Virus record (IMG/VR): IMGVR_UViG_3300031133_000383
Location: 58,635-122,634 of that record
Length of the DNA stretch: 64,000 nt
Strand: one strand, 5' to 3'
DNA from: a virus
Lineage: Duplodnaviria; Heunggongvirae; Uroviricota; Caudoviricetes
The notes beneath the pieces are model-generated. The model saw only the letters and a program-made list of their open reading frames with translations, did not search any database and was not told the DNA's origin. This document shows positions 30,656 to 40,788 of the stretch, in pieces (the first letter of the stretch is position 1; each line of letters begins with the position of its first letter). A program made the translations under genes and the position numbers.

Positions 30656-31045
30656 ATGAAGCATATAATTATTTCAGTACTGCAAATGGTGATTGGAAAA
30701 AATGGTTCTATTAAACTTGGGAAGAAAGCCATTAAGACAGAGCGGGATCTTTTATCTTTGTCTGATAAGCAATTAATATCTCTTTATAATAAACAAATGA
30801 TGTATGAAAATCGTAGTCAGTTCGAGGATTTAATCAATTCTTTGGGTTGTAGCGTTACAAAAGATTATTTTAGAGAATACATGATTGATAAGTTGTTGCT
30901 TCAAGCTGATAATGATGTTGTTTATTGTCCTGAAATTGAAGATGAACTTTATCTGGATGATGGATTTTTTGAAGAAAATGATGCTTGTATCTTGACAATT
31001 TATAATCATAATATGTTTGATCACGAATATATAAAAATAATCTAA
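30656..31045 (+). CDS. hypothetical protein
   Basis: GGAG RBS supports start MKHII. Confidence 0.7.
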   Translation: MKHIIISVLQMVIGKNGSIKLGKKAIKTERDLLSLSDKQLISLYNKQMMYENRSQFEDLINSLGCSVTKDYFREYMIDKLLLQADNDVVYCPEIEDELYLDDGFFEENDACILTIYNHNMFDHEYIKII

Positions 31046-31181
31046 ATGTTAACTATGTTTAAAAATTTATTATTCAATATTATTATACTTTGAGAGATAT
31101 AAATTTTCTCAATTTAAATAAAAATGTTGCCTTATGTCAAAAAATTTGATATACTCTTTGAAAATTCAGGAGAGCCAAATA

Positions 31182-32684
31182 ATGACAACTATTAAACGTG
31201 TACAATATCCAGCGTCATGTGTTGAATCGGCAAAAGTCATTGCCAATAACTATTTTGTGAATCACAAAAACAACTTGGACTTTCTCAGTAAAGGATTTAA
31301 AGCTATTCCCAATCTTTTTTCTTTTTCATTTCCTAAAGAAATTGTTGATAAAGCTATGAAACATTTCAACAAAGTGAATGAAAACATTAGTGAAATTTTG
31401 ACAACCTATAACACTCATTTCAATGCTGGAACACTTCACACTGACTCTTCTATTATTGAAAAATTTGGTTCTGTTGAAAATTTTCTTGAAGTTGTAGAAG
31501 CTGCAAAACTTGATGAAAAAACTTATCTTGATGCTGTAAATCCTTCTTTATCTAGCACCTTTATGATTCCATTTTTGTTGTCATTTGGTGGCGAAGAAAT
31601 CTATAAAAAAGACAATAAAGTGTTACTGAACCCATTTACTTTGAACACTGGTATTGTATCCGATGATGGTCTTGTTTACTACTTCACTGGAACTTATCAA
31701 GATTTCTTTGAAAAAGCTTCAGAAATCGGTTTCGTTTATGATCATGAAAATTGTGCATTGTCTGAATTTTTCACTGATTTGGATATTAAATTAGTAGATC
31801 CTGATGAATCTGTATTGTCTGATATGTTGGTTCGCGATGAACTGGCTGAGTTTATTCGTGTTGATGATGATTTCGCTATGCAGGAATTTATTGATCGTAA
31901 TAACATTGATACTCAGCAACTATTCGTGGATGAAAGTTTACTGAGCTATTGTGTAGAAATGGATAAACCCAATTGCTTTGTTCATCTGTTGTTTTCGTCT
32001 CCGAGTGTGATAGTGAATGTTAACGGTCAACTAGACAGTGCCATTAAACGTTGCATGTTCTCAGTTTTGTATCGTGAGCAAGCTTTCAAAAAATACCTTG
32101 GCAAATTCTTGCAAGTAGCTAAATTTGATGGTCTTAGTCAAGAAGTGGTGGACAAATTTGTGAAAGAAAGTTTTCATGATTTTCGCCGTGAAGAGTCATT
32201 AGATGTATTTAACCTCTATAAAGACAAGATTGATCATAAAATGTTATCTTTGGCATTGGTTAAGCATAACAATGTTTATCGTATGGAGCTTCCAGAAATG
32301 GCAGAATTTATTCAGCAAGCTTTCAAAACATATCCAGATGATATTTTGAAAACGGAAAACATTGTGTCACACCTTGAATACTACAAAGAAACCAATAATA
32401 TGATTACATTGTTACGCAATGTTCCCACTATTAAAATAGCTGGCAAGAATATCTTGTTTTTCTTGGATGCTATTAAAAATGAATTGGAAGAAAAATTGGA
32501 ATCAGTAAAATCAGAACCAGAATCAATCGACTTGATTAATGGTAAGTTGGCAACAAAAGTTGAACATGTTCAAGATGCTTTGGATGTTACAAACGCTGAT
32601 ATTGAGTTCTTTTCTCAATATGTCGAAAGACCTGTTGAAGAAGAGTATTCAGATGAAACACAAGATGATGTATTGACTGCTTGA
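31182..32684 (+). CDS. large acidic hypothetical protein
   Basis: AGGAG RBS supports start MTTIKR. Confidence 0.85.
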   Translation: MTTIKRVQYPASCVESAKVIANNYFVNHKNNLDFLSKGFKAIPNLFSFSFPKEIVDKAMKHFNKVNENISEILTTYNTHFNAGTLHTDSSIIEKFGSVENFLEVVEAAKLDEKTYLDAVNPSLSSTFMIPFLLSFGGEEIYKKDNKVLLNPFTLNTGIVSDDGLVYYFTGTYQDFFEKASEIGFVYDHENCALSEFFTDLDIKLVDPDESVLSDMLVRDELAEFIRVDDDFAMQEFIDRNNIDTQQLFVDESLLSYCVEMDKPNCFVHLLFSSPSVIVNVNGQLDSAIKRCMFSVLYREQAFKKYLGKFLQVAKFDGLSQEVVDKFVKESFHDFRREESLDVFNLYKDKIDHKMLSLALVKHNNVYRMELPEMAEFIQQAFKTYPDDILKTENIVSHLEYYKETNNMITLLRNVPTIKIAGKNILFFLDAIKNELEEKLESVKSEPESIDLINGKLATKVEHVQDALDVTNADIEFFSQYVERPVEEEYSDETQDDVLTA

Positions 32685-32756
32685 TAAATTGAGACGAGTG
32701 ACGTATTGATTTCTATCAATGATTAACTTATAATAAATTCAATAAAGGACGCTATC

Positions 32757-32795
32757 ATGAACAGAAAAATTATCTCCAAAACACGAAACGTCTAG
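32757..32795 (+). CDS. putative leader peptide MNRKIISKTRNV
   Basis: AAAGGA RBS; promoter TTGATT-17-TATAAT at 32706-32734; TAG lies inside a hairpin. Confidence 0.5.
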   Translation: MNRKIISKTRNV

Positions 32796-32843
32796 GCTGT
32801 TACTTTCGAGGTACATCCTTGACGTAAAAATTAGGAGAATAGT

Positions 32844-33101
32844 ATGATTAAAAATAAAAACAGGGCATTAAGACGTTTTATTGATGCTAAAGTAATCAAA
32901 AAACAAATCAATATTTTGAAACAGTATAATTCTTACAGTGACAAGTTAATTGTGGGTAAGTTAATCAAGCATCATGCTTTGAACTGTGGTATATCTGGTT
33001 GCTTTTGTTGCAGCAACCCACGTAGGATTTATGGATATAAGACACTTAAAGAAAAAGTTTCCGTGCAAGATTTTAAACAACAGATGAAAGATTTAGAATG
33101 A
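32844..33101 (+). CDS. small basic Cys-rich (C-x4-C-x-C-C-SNPRR) protein
   Basis: AGGAG RBS; putative Zn-binding motif. Confidence 0.8.
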   Translation: MIKNKNRALRRFIDAKVIKKQINILKQYNSYSDKLIVGKLIKHHALNCGISGCFCCSNPRRIYGYKTLKEKVSVQDFKQQMKDLE

Positions 33102-33172
33102 GCCTAAGCTCATTTTTTTTATATACTTTTTAATGCAAATCTGTTATAATTATATCTTTATAGGAATTTTAT

Positions 33173-33886
33173 ATGGTTCATTCAATGTCAAACACTTTTA
33201 CAGAAGAACAATTGTCCGATGAAGCAGAATCTTTTGCAAGAGAGTTTTATACGAGGTATTCAGGTGCCTTTATAGGAAAATCTTTCAATAAATCCATGGG
33301 AACTTTTCAGCATACCCAAGCATCTGATGGCTTGGGAAATTTTCGTTACGATACCTATATTGTCAATCCAATGAATCTAAATAAAACTCTTTTGTCTGTA
33401 TTCATGATTTATAAAAATAAAAAAATATCCAAACAAATTGTATTGTCTGCTGATTTTGAGCAGCTAACTAAATTTACACTTTCTACAATCAACTGGCACG
33501 AATGTTATTCAAAAGCGTTTGAGTTTACAGGTCGTTTTTTTCAAACACAATACGATTACGAGAAGTATCCTCTGATCAAAATTGAAGTGGATCATGATTT
33601 TAATATTAACAAAGTTTTGGCTTCTTTTGATTTATGTACCCAACATACATATACCGTATCAAGTGGTGATTTCTTTCTTTATTCTAAGCCTACAATTGAC
33701 TACTGTGTGAATCACGATCTACCCTTTGTGAATCAACAAGAATTTTATGAATTTATATTTCTTAAGTCTTATTTGAATATGGATAGTTTATTTAATATCG
33801 AAAATTTGACAGAAATAGAGAAGTTTTTATATTATATTGACAACAAGGAAGAATTTCATAACTTGTTGAAAATGACCATTATATAA
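33173..33886 (+). CDS. hypothetical protein, shared C-terminal motif family (...NLLKMTII)
   Basis: Own TGtTATAAT promoter; C-terminal motif. Confidence 0.8.
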   Translation: MVHSMSNTFTEEQLSDEAESFAREFYTRYSGAFIGKSFNKSMGTFQHTQASDGLGNFRYDTYIVNPMNLNKTLLSVFMIYKNKKISKQIVLSADFEQLTKFTLSTINWHECYSKAFEFTGRFFQTQYDYEKYPLIKIEVDHDFNINKVLASFDLCTQHTYTVSSGDFFLYSKPTIDYCVNHDLPFVNQQEFYEFIFLKSYLNMDSLFNIENLTEIEKFLYYIDNKEEFHNLLKMTII

Positions 33887-33968
33887 ATTTAATTTTTCAT
33901 AGAATAAAAAACATTGATTTTTTTACTATATGGGTATATAATTTTAAAAATTCTATTAAAGGTGAAAT

Positions 33969-34724
33969 ATGATTATAATTGATAAACAGGGTTTATTACA
34001 TATTTTTGATGAAGTTTCTTTTGAAACTTATCAGATTGAAGATAAAGAAGTTTTAAGTTTTCTGCGTAACAGCATTACCGATATTAACGAGAATTTTGGT
34101 GTACGTGATTTTATAAAAATGTTCAATCACTATCCTTCTTTATTGATGATAGTACCAGAGTTTGAAGAAGTCACTCTTTTGACCGACCAATATGACAACT
34201 ATAATACCGTAGAAGTTGATTGTCTTTGGATGAGCATTGGTGCAGAAATAATTTCAAAACCTGAACATGAATACTCCACAATGTTTTTCAATCTCAATGG
34301 TATCACAAAACTCCAAGAAAATTTCTCTTTGAATATTCCCGCTTACTCACTTTCATTAAAAAATGTCATCAATTCAAAAATTAAAATCATGGACAGACTA
34401 AATTTATCTTTCGAAATCAGTGAAGAACAGTCTTTTAAAGGTCAAATACCGTTTGCTATTCAAAACTTCACTTTGTTTGATTTTATTGCTATCGTTTCAA
34501 GTACGCTTCTAAAAACCTCTGAAAACGATGGTTCCGAAGATAGCTTTGATGACATTAAAAAGAAAATGCATAGTCTAAAAGGCAAAATAGCTGAGGAACT
34601 GGGTATTGATCCTTCTCAATTGGATGAAAAAGAGCCTGTGGATGAAGAAACGATTGAAGAAAACACCAACTCAGTATTGAAACAGCTTGATGAACTGATG
34701 AACCCTAATAAAGATAAGGAATAA
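33969..34724 (+). CDS. hypothetical protein, tandem paralog 1 of 3
   Basis: MI.I...G start; F.....F.M...YP motif. Confidence 0.85.
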   Translation: MIIIDKQGLLHIFDEVSFETYQIEDKEVLSFLRNSITDINENFGVRDFIKMFNHYPSLLMIVPEFEEVTLLTDQYDNYNTVEVDCLWMSIGAEIISKPEHEYSTMFFNLNGITKLQENFSLNIPAYSLSLKNVINSKIKIMDRLNLSFEISEEQSFKGQIPFAIQNFTLFDFIAIVSSTLLKTSENDGSEDSFDDIKKKMHSLKGKIAEELGIDPSQLDEKEPVDEETIEENTNSVLKQLDELMNPNKDKE

Positions 34725-34726
34725 AT

Positions 34727-35440
34727 ATGTTAAAAATTACAACAAATGGCGATATTGTGACATTCTCAAAAGTAGATAATAATTTGGTATTGCTGGACAA
34801 TGCTGATTTACAAAATACTCTATTTCAAGCATTTGACCTTGATCATGAGTTTACCTTTTCGTCATTTTTTTCTATGTTAAAAAAATACCCTGTCTTTTCG
34901 AATTTTTTTCAAACTGCAATTTCTTATATTAAAGAATATGAAACATTGAATATTGAAATGAATAGCTCAACATCAGGAAAAGTGGCAGTTATTACACCAA
35001 ATACCATCCTGAATAATGGTGTCATTTCTAATAGGCATACGCTTGAAGTGTATAAATACAAAGAACTTTCAGATAATAATATAGATGAAATTAATATTAA
35101 TGAATCTAGTACAACGGATGATGTGAGTTCAATGTATCTTAAAGATTACGCAAATTATAGAATTGCGTTGAATTCATTAGCTCGTCTTGATCAAATTGAT
35201 GAAGAGGGCATTATCACAACTCTTTATTTGGAATGTTATTCAGAAAATGAATTCAACCTATTAAGCTTTGTCCATTTTGTATTGTCTAATATTTCGCTAC
35301 ATGGTTTTGTGGAAGAAAGAAATCATGTTATTAAAGAAATCGAAGTCGAACAAAAAGAACATCAAGAAGCCTTGGAGGCTGAGTCCATTGAAATTACCAA
35401 TAGTATTTTGGAGCGGATTAAATATGGTGAAAAAAGATGA
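34727..35440 (+). CDS. hypothetical protein, tandem paralog 2 of 3
   Basis: MLKITTNG; FTFSSFFSMLKKYP. Confidence 0.85.
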   Translation: MLKITTNGDIVTFSKVDNNLVLLDNADLQNTLFQAFDLDHEFTFSSFFSMLKKYPVFSNFFQTAISYIKEYETLNIEMNSSTSGKVAVITPNTILNNGVISNRHTLEVYKYKELSDNNIDEININESSTTDDVSSMYLKDYANYRIALNSLARLDQIDEEGIITTLYLECYSENEFNLLSFVHFVLSNISLHGFVEERNHVIKEIEVEQKEHQEALEAESIEITNSILERIKYGEKR

Positions 35441-36102
35441 TTACAATTACAAAAAATGGCTACATCCATTTTAAAGATAAATGTATTGGTAATAATGTTA
35501 TATTGACTATGTTGGGGGAAAAGGTCGAGCTAGAAGAAGGATTTACTTTGCAATCTTTATTCAAAATGTTCAACCTTTATCCTAATCTTGTAAAATTAGA
35601 AGCCTATTTGCCTATGTATTTGAATCTCTATAATACAACAGTTGATGAATATCATTCAGAAGAACCCGACAACTACAAGACGATTTTGTTTAATACTTAT
35701 CTTTTAGAAAAAAAAGAAGTTGCTCTTGATAAAAAGCATAATTTAGCTATCAAATTCAAATCAGGACATGTTTCAAATATCAATAATTATCAAATATTTG
35801 ATATGATCAATTTTCCAATAAAAATCAGTGACAAGATTATTACATTGACATTGGAACCCAACCCCGATTATAGTGATAAATCAAATGAGCCTAAAAATAT
35901 TTATGTTCGACAGCCTGTTTTGAACATTGCAAAATATACATGCGATCTCTTTTATTTTATTATGTTTATGTGTGGATCTCTTTTTAAGGGGATGGACCCA
36001 AGCAGACGTAGGCAACAAGTTGAAATGAACGAACTTTCCTACAGTATTATGGCTGATGATATTGTGAAAGAAATCGACAAGATACTGATGTTTACTCCCT
36101 AA
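35437..36102 (+). CDS. hypothetical protein, tandem paralog 3 of 3
   Basis: MITITKNG; FTLQSLFKMFNLYP; ATGA overlap. Confidence 0.85.
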   Translation: MITITKNGYIHFKDKCIGNNVILTMLGEKVELEEGFTLQSLFKMFNLYPNLVKLEAYLPMYLNLYNTTVDEYHSEEPDNYKTILFNTYLLEKKEVALDKKHNLAIKFKSGHVSNINNYQIFDMINFPIKISDKIITLTLEPNPDYSDKSNEPKNIYVRQPVLNIAKYTCDLFYFIMFMCGSLFKGMDPSRRRQQVEMNELSYSIMADDIVKEIDKILMFTP

Positions 36103-36187
36103 ATTAGCTCTTGCTTATTAATGTAAGGTTTGTTATAATGCTCTAATGTTCTATTAGGGCAATAACCTATCATTAAAGGAGAGTAAC

Positions 36188-36727
36188 ATGAAAGATACGC
36201 AGAAGTCTTTAACACCACAAGAAAAAGCTACTTTTATTGCAAATGCTGATATTAGCTATAGCGATTCTGTCAAAGCATTGCGTAAAAAAATGATCCAAGA
36301 AAACTATTTGACCTCTGCCACTCAAATACAGATGTTGGATAAACTTTTGTGGGGTGTAAAAGAAGCTGAAAACAGTACAATCAGCAAAGCTTTATTTGAC
36401 AACCTTGTTAAAAGTAAGCAAATCACTTTCATTTATAATTTAATAGAATTGTTTAAAGAAGGCTGGCTAATGTCCAAAGCATTTCGTTTTTACACAGGTA
36501 ATGGACCTGTAAAAGAATTGAACACTTGGAAATTAAGAAAAATCATTGAAGTGATTGAAAAGAAAGATCGTACAGATTTTGCTAAATTTGAAGCAGATTT
36601 AGATAAGAAAAAAATTCCGGCACCTAAAAAGCCGTTTAAGAAAAAAACACCAGCAGTCAATGAAAAATCTGTTCCTGTGGTCACCACAAAGCCCGCTTAT
36701 AAAGAGATTCCAGTAAGCAAGAAGTAA
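36188..36727 (+). CDS. basic hypothetical protein
   Basis: AAGGAG RBS, own promoter; Lys/Pro-rich C-terminal region. Confidence 0.85.
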   Translation: MKDTQKSLTPQEKATFIANADISYSDSVKALRKKMIQENYLTSATQIQMLDKLLWGVKEAENSTISKALFDNLVKSKQITFIYNLIELFKEGWLMSKAFRFYTGNGPVKELNTWKLRKIIEVIEKKDRTDFAKFEADLDKKKIPAPKKPFKKKTPAVNEKSVPVVTTKPAYKEIPVSKK

Positions 36728-36742
36728 GTAGCCCAGTAATAT

Positions 36743-36767
36743 AAAAAGCCCTCGAAAGGGCTTTTTT
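36743..36767. terminator. bidirectional terminator
   Basis: aaaaagccct-CGAA-agggctttttt. Confidence 0.85.
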
Positions 36768-36786
36768 ATTGGATTTTATTTCGTTA

Positions 36787-37155
36787 TTAAAGGTTATGAC
36801 ATCCTAGTTTCACATCAAATAGACTTTCAATCATGGGATCTTTATACCATTCATAGCATTTTCCCAATTCTAACACTTGATTCGCTTTTTTTACAATTAC
36901 ATGTTTGAAACAAGTAAAATAAAATGGGCCAGAACACCATGGATCAAATTGTAGGACTTCTTCATAGTATTCTTCGGCATTGACTTCTGGCATACTAGGT
37001 TCAACCCAAAATTTCAAACCCTGTAAATAATCATCGGAAAATGCTAGTTGTTGAATATTTATAATTTCTTGACGTATAATCTTGTGTTCTTTTAATAGTT
37101 TTTCTTGGAATAACTGTGCTCTGTATGTTAAGCCAATGATTTTATCTTCTCTCAT
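36787..37155 (-). CDS. hypothetical protein
   Basis: GGAG RBS; FDPWCSGP motif. Confidence 0.8.
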   Translation of the reverse strand: MREDKIIGLTYRAQLFQEKLLKEHKIIRQEIINIQQLAFSDDYLQGLKFWVEPSMPEVNAEEYYEEVLQFDPWCSGPFYFTCFKHVIVKKANQVLELGKCYEWYKDPMIESLFDVKLGCHNL

Positions 37156-37203
37156 AAGTAATCTCCAAAGTTATTGTAGTATAATTTTTTTTCAATAGCT
37201 TAG

Positions 37204-37503
37204 TCATAGCAAGCCATACAAAATATCAGAAGGTTCAAAATTATTTTTTAATGAAGCTTCTTTTGCAACACTTAAAGCTTCATCCCATCCTTTTATTTTA
37301 CTAGACCAAATATAGGTCAATCTCAAAATAACACATAAATGTTGTGGATTAACTTCATTAACTTTAAAACCTGTAAAATCAATGTCTTCTATTCGATGTG
37401 TACCCAAGTAGTCTAAAAGAGAAGACGCAGTTTCTGTTAAAGCATCTACTGAATCATCAGCATTCTTATCCACTACAAATATTTTATATTTTTCAATGCT
37501 CAT
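37204..37503 (-). CDS. hypothetical protein
   Basis: AAGGA RBS; 99 aa. Confidence 0.75.
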   Translation of the reverse strand: MSIEKYKIFVVDKNADDSVDALTETASSLLDYLGTHRIEDIDFTGFKVNEVNPQHLCVILRLTYIWSSKIKGWDEALSVAKEASLKNNFEPSDILYGLL

Positions 37504-37511
37504 ACTAATCC

Positions 37512-38345
37512 TTATCGAGTGGTTGAATACAAACAGAATGAAGCATTTCTTCTGTATATTTTTATAAATGTTCTATAAATTTCAGGTGTCAGTCGGCCCA
37601 CTATCTTCAAATTAAGAGCAAAGTATCCATATTCCATCATTGTAAGTTCAGATAAGTTATTGGCTTCATAAGGATAAAGTTTATAGGGAAACATTAGATA
37701 AGTTTCATTATCTTTTATTACTTTGGGATACATAGATACGGCAGTAGCATTATTAGAGATTAATTTTTCTTCTAGATTTATAAATTTAATTTTACTATTT
37801 TGACGAACATAATCTATAACTGCTTTTGCTGATGGTATATGCGTTATGACAATATTTGGATTGCTAAAGAACTGTAAAAAATCTTGATGAGCACTTACAT
37901 CGCTGATTCTCAAGTTTCGTTTGAAAGGTGATATTGCGTTCAAATCAAAAAGTCTACTCTCAATACCTGTACATCTGTAGGTAGTATAAGATGTATTAAT
38001 ATCAATATCCGCAACATTATTTTTAAATTGATTAACGATTATTTTGTAATCTTTAACTTGGTTTTCAATATCAATTCTTTCTTTTGCATTGATCAAAGCC
38101 GATTTTGTCATCATGTTTAATACATTTTCTCTATTGGCAGAACTTACGATTGCAGCATGACGCAAAGCCTCTTTGATAATTAAAACTTGATTCTGATGAT
38201 CTTTTAGGTACGTGCCCAATTGCATGGCATAAGCATCATTGCCCAAATTTTTTTTGATATCCAATAAGACACTTTCTACATTGTTAGAATCTGCATACAC
38301 AGTGGATGATATTAATAAAACAATTGCAATCAATAATCTTTTCAT
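37512..38345 (-). CDS. exported hypothetical protein
   Basis: Signal peptide ending VYA. Confidence 0.85.
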   Translation of the reverse strand: MKRLLIAIVLLISSTVYADSNNVESVLLDIKKNLGNDAYAMQLGTYLKDHQNQVLIIKEALRHAAIVSSANRENVLNMMTKSALINAKERIDIENQVKDYKIIVNQFKNNVADIDINTSYTTYRCTGIESRLFDLNAISPFKRNLRISDVSAHQDFLQFFSNPNIVITHIPSAKAVIDYVRQNSKIKFINLEEKLISNNATAVSMYPKVIKDNETYLMFPYKLYPYEANNLSELTMMEYGYFALNLKIVGRLTPEIYRTFIKIYRRNASFCLYSTTR

Positions 38346-38459
38346 ATTTTACCTCATTAAAAATTACTACTATTTTATGGTTTTTTTTATTTAAGTCAAT
38401 ATTTATTTAATTTTTATCAAATTAAAAATAAAAAGACTTAACGGGTGTCAAGTCTTATA

Positions 38460-39143
38460 TTAACTGCCGGTTTTTAGATTGAGAGGTATAATATTAGAAA
38501 GGTATTCAGGAACTTTAGGTGGTAATAACATTTCTTCTAACCATGCCTGATTGGCACTAATCATTCTGTTACCTATTATAACGCTGATAATCCTGTTTTT
38601 TACTTCATAAGGTGAATCATTATATAATGCATCTGTTCTATTCTTATCACCTTCAAACAGCAAAGGAAAAGCCCATATTTTTTCTTGAATATCAAGCTTC
38701 ATCGTGATTTGGCTAAAAACTCTTTTAGAACCTGATTCTTCATTAATTTCTTTTTTGAAATGGCCCATTATGATAGTAAGATTACCAGCCAGCCAGTCAT
38801 CTAATAAATTATTCTCATACAAAAATGTATCCCAACTTTCAACTGGTTCGTAAGAGCCACCTTTTATTTTTAACCATGTAAACAGTTCTGTGAGGTTTGA
38901 GACCCTTTCTGCAATGATTATAGATTTTTCTTCTATGATTTTTGTTAATGCATTGTATAAAGACAAATCATCATCAGCTTTTATCTCTATGACTTTTTCC
39001 GTCATCGAGAAATCCATATCTGTCAATGATTCATTTTGACCTTTTAGATATTCTTTAAAGAAAACTTCATCGGTTGATAAGAAAGCAAATTTCTGATTCA
39101 TTACCTTACAAAATGATATATTTAATATAATACTGGCTTGCAT
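38460..39143 (-). CDS. hypothetical protein
   Basis: GGGAG RBS; 227 aa. Confidence 0.8.
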   Translation of the reverse strand: MQASIILNISFCKVMNQKFAFLSTDEVFFKEYLKGQNESLTDMDFSMTEKVIEIKADDDLSLYNALTKIIEEKSIIIAERVSNLTELFTWLKIKGGSYEPVESWDTFLYENNLLDDWLAGNLTIIMGHFKKEINEESGSKRVFSQITMKLDIQEKIWAFPLLFEGDKNRTDALYNDSPYEVKNRIISVIIGNRMISANQAWLEEMLLPPKVPEYLSNIIPLNLKTGS

Positions 39144-39309
39144 TAAAAACTCCCTGCTTTATCGAAGTGCCTCTTTTTAAAGGACTTTTCAGCTTTAATT
39201 TTGATTGTCATCATAACATTGTATTGAAAAAGTGTCAATTAAGAGTAACCAAGTTTTAATTGCTTTTCAGACGAAATGCTGATAGACTAGTCAAAATAGG
39301 AAAAATACT

Positions 39310-39834
39310 ATGAAAAACGTTGAAGAAGCAGCATTTTTTGGAGATGAAGTTGTTTATTTGTTTTTTTTGAATGCAGAAGAATATTTAAAACTAAGTAAAC
39401 CTATCATAAGTTCTGTCCATTGTTTTCCTATCCAGAATGAAGAAGTATTGTTTACAGTTAATCAACGAGGACTGGATATTATTGGAGGGCATATAGAACA
39501 GGGCGAAACACCAGAACAAGCGTTGATCAGAGAAGCAATGGAAGAAGCCTCTATTGCTATTAAAGAATATACGTTACTGGGTGCTATTCGAGTAGATAAC
39601 AGAGAAAATACTGCAGCAAAAAATCTAGGTTATCCCGAGATAGGTTATCAATTATTTTATGCAGTCACTGATTTTCATGCATATCCTTTCAAAGCTGATT
39701 TTGAATCAATAGAGCGTAGATATGTTAAGTTTAGTGAAATTTCATTACTTCATCATCATTGGTTAAATACTCATGATCAGATACTGTCGGAAATAAAGTA
39801 TTTATCAAAGACCAATAATAAAATGAAATTTTAA
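39310..39834 (+). CDS. NUDIX hydrolase with basic C-tail
   Basis: GGHIEQGETPEQALIREAMEEA Nudix box; ends KTNNKMKF. Confidence 0.9.
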   Translation: MKNVEEAAFFGDEVVYLFFLNAEEYLKLSKPIISSVHCFPIQNEEVLFTVNQRGLDIIGGHIEQGETPEQALIREAMEEASIAIKEYTLLGAIRVDNRENTAAKNLGYPEIGYQLFYAVTDFHAYPFKADFESIERRYVKFSEISLLHHHWLNTHDQILSEIKYLSKTNNKMKF

Positions 39835-39856
39835 AGGGTTTCTAACGGTATTAATT

Positions 39857-40198
39857 TTAAACTCCAATTAAATATACATAACCTGTAATTATCAGTAGTA
39901 TCATCAAAATAATTGCAGTCAATTTTATATTAATTTTCTTACATTTGCTAGAAATCTTTTCAATACCTTTATGATTTGTCTTTTTCCTAGCATAAACTAA
40001 AAGCCCTTCTTTTTCTTCTTTAAAAGAAAAATTAACTCGACTTTTATTATTTTTTATTTTATGTATGATCTGAGCTTTAAGCTTTTTCTTGTCTTGTACT
40101 TCATATCCTTCAAGAATAAGAATAGTGGCTATTTCTTCTATTGTGTATTTTTCAGTCGGATTTCTGTCCAAAACCTTTTCTACTGTGTCTAATAACAT
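39857..40198 (-). CDS. small protein, putative N-terminal wHTH with C-terminal TM anchor
   Basis: GAGGTG RBS; hydrophobic C-terminus. Confidence 0.7.
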   Translation of the reverse strand: MLLDTVEKVLDRNPTEKYTIEEIATILILEGYEVQDKKKLKAQIIHKIKNNKSRVNFSFKEEKEGLLVYARKKTNHKGIEKISSKCKKINIKLTAIILMILLIITGYVYLIGV

Positions 40199-40278
40199 AA
40201 AAACACCTCGCTTTTTTTAAATTATAGATCTAAAAAAAATAAATAATATAGTAGATTCGATATATTTTTAATCTATGT

Positions 40279-40494
40279 TTAAACAGCTACCGTTGTTAAA
40301 TGTGATTGGTTCTTTTTATTTTTTTTCTTTTCTATATTTTTCCACACCTTATCATGAAAATAAAAAACAACTGTATTAATGGCTGGTTCAATCAACGCCA
40401 TGGCACCACCAATCAAAATACTGCCTGTCAATATATACGCGACAGAAAAGGCTACACTAAAATGTAATATTGCAAATGAGAATGTTTTTTTCAT
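40279..40494 (-). CDS. DUF2061 family membrane protein
   Basis: MKKTFSFAILHFSVAF.VAY.LTGS...GG..ALIEP..NTV.FYFH.K.W; AAGGA RBS. Confidence 0.85.
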   Translation of the reverse strand: MKKTFSFAILHFSVAFSVAYILTGSILIGGAMALIEPAINTVVFYFHDKVWKNIEKKKNKKNQSHLTTVAV

Positions 40495-40549
40495 TTTTTT
40501 ATCCTTTAATTTGTAATTTATATATATCATGTAATCTTCAATTACTGAA

Positions 40550-40586
40550 ATTGATAATAAAAATATACTTGATAGTTTAATACTAT
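40550..40586. promoter_or_regulatory. OxyR/LysR-like operator upstream of the DUF2061 gene
   Basis: ATTG-N7-AAAT-N7-ATAG-N7-CTAT (13/16 match to the ATAG-N7-CTAT tandem consensus). Confidence 0.4.
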
Positions 40587-40788
40587 TTAAAAAAATTATA
40601 TAATATTTAATATTAGAAAATTTATTGTTAGAAGCTACCAATTAGAGACTTTGGTTGGGTATAAATTTTAAAATTAATTATAAATTTGGCTTTTTCGAAG
40701 CCCACATATAAAGAAAATTTGGTAATTAACATTGTTTTATATAAATAAAATTGTATAATATAATTATAACAATAATTCGAGAGCAATT

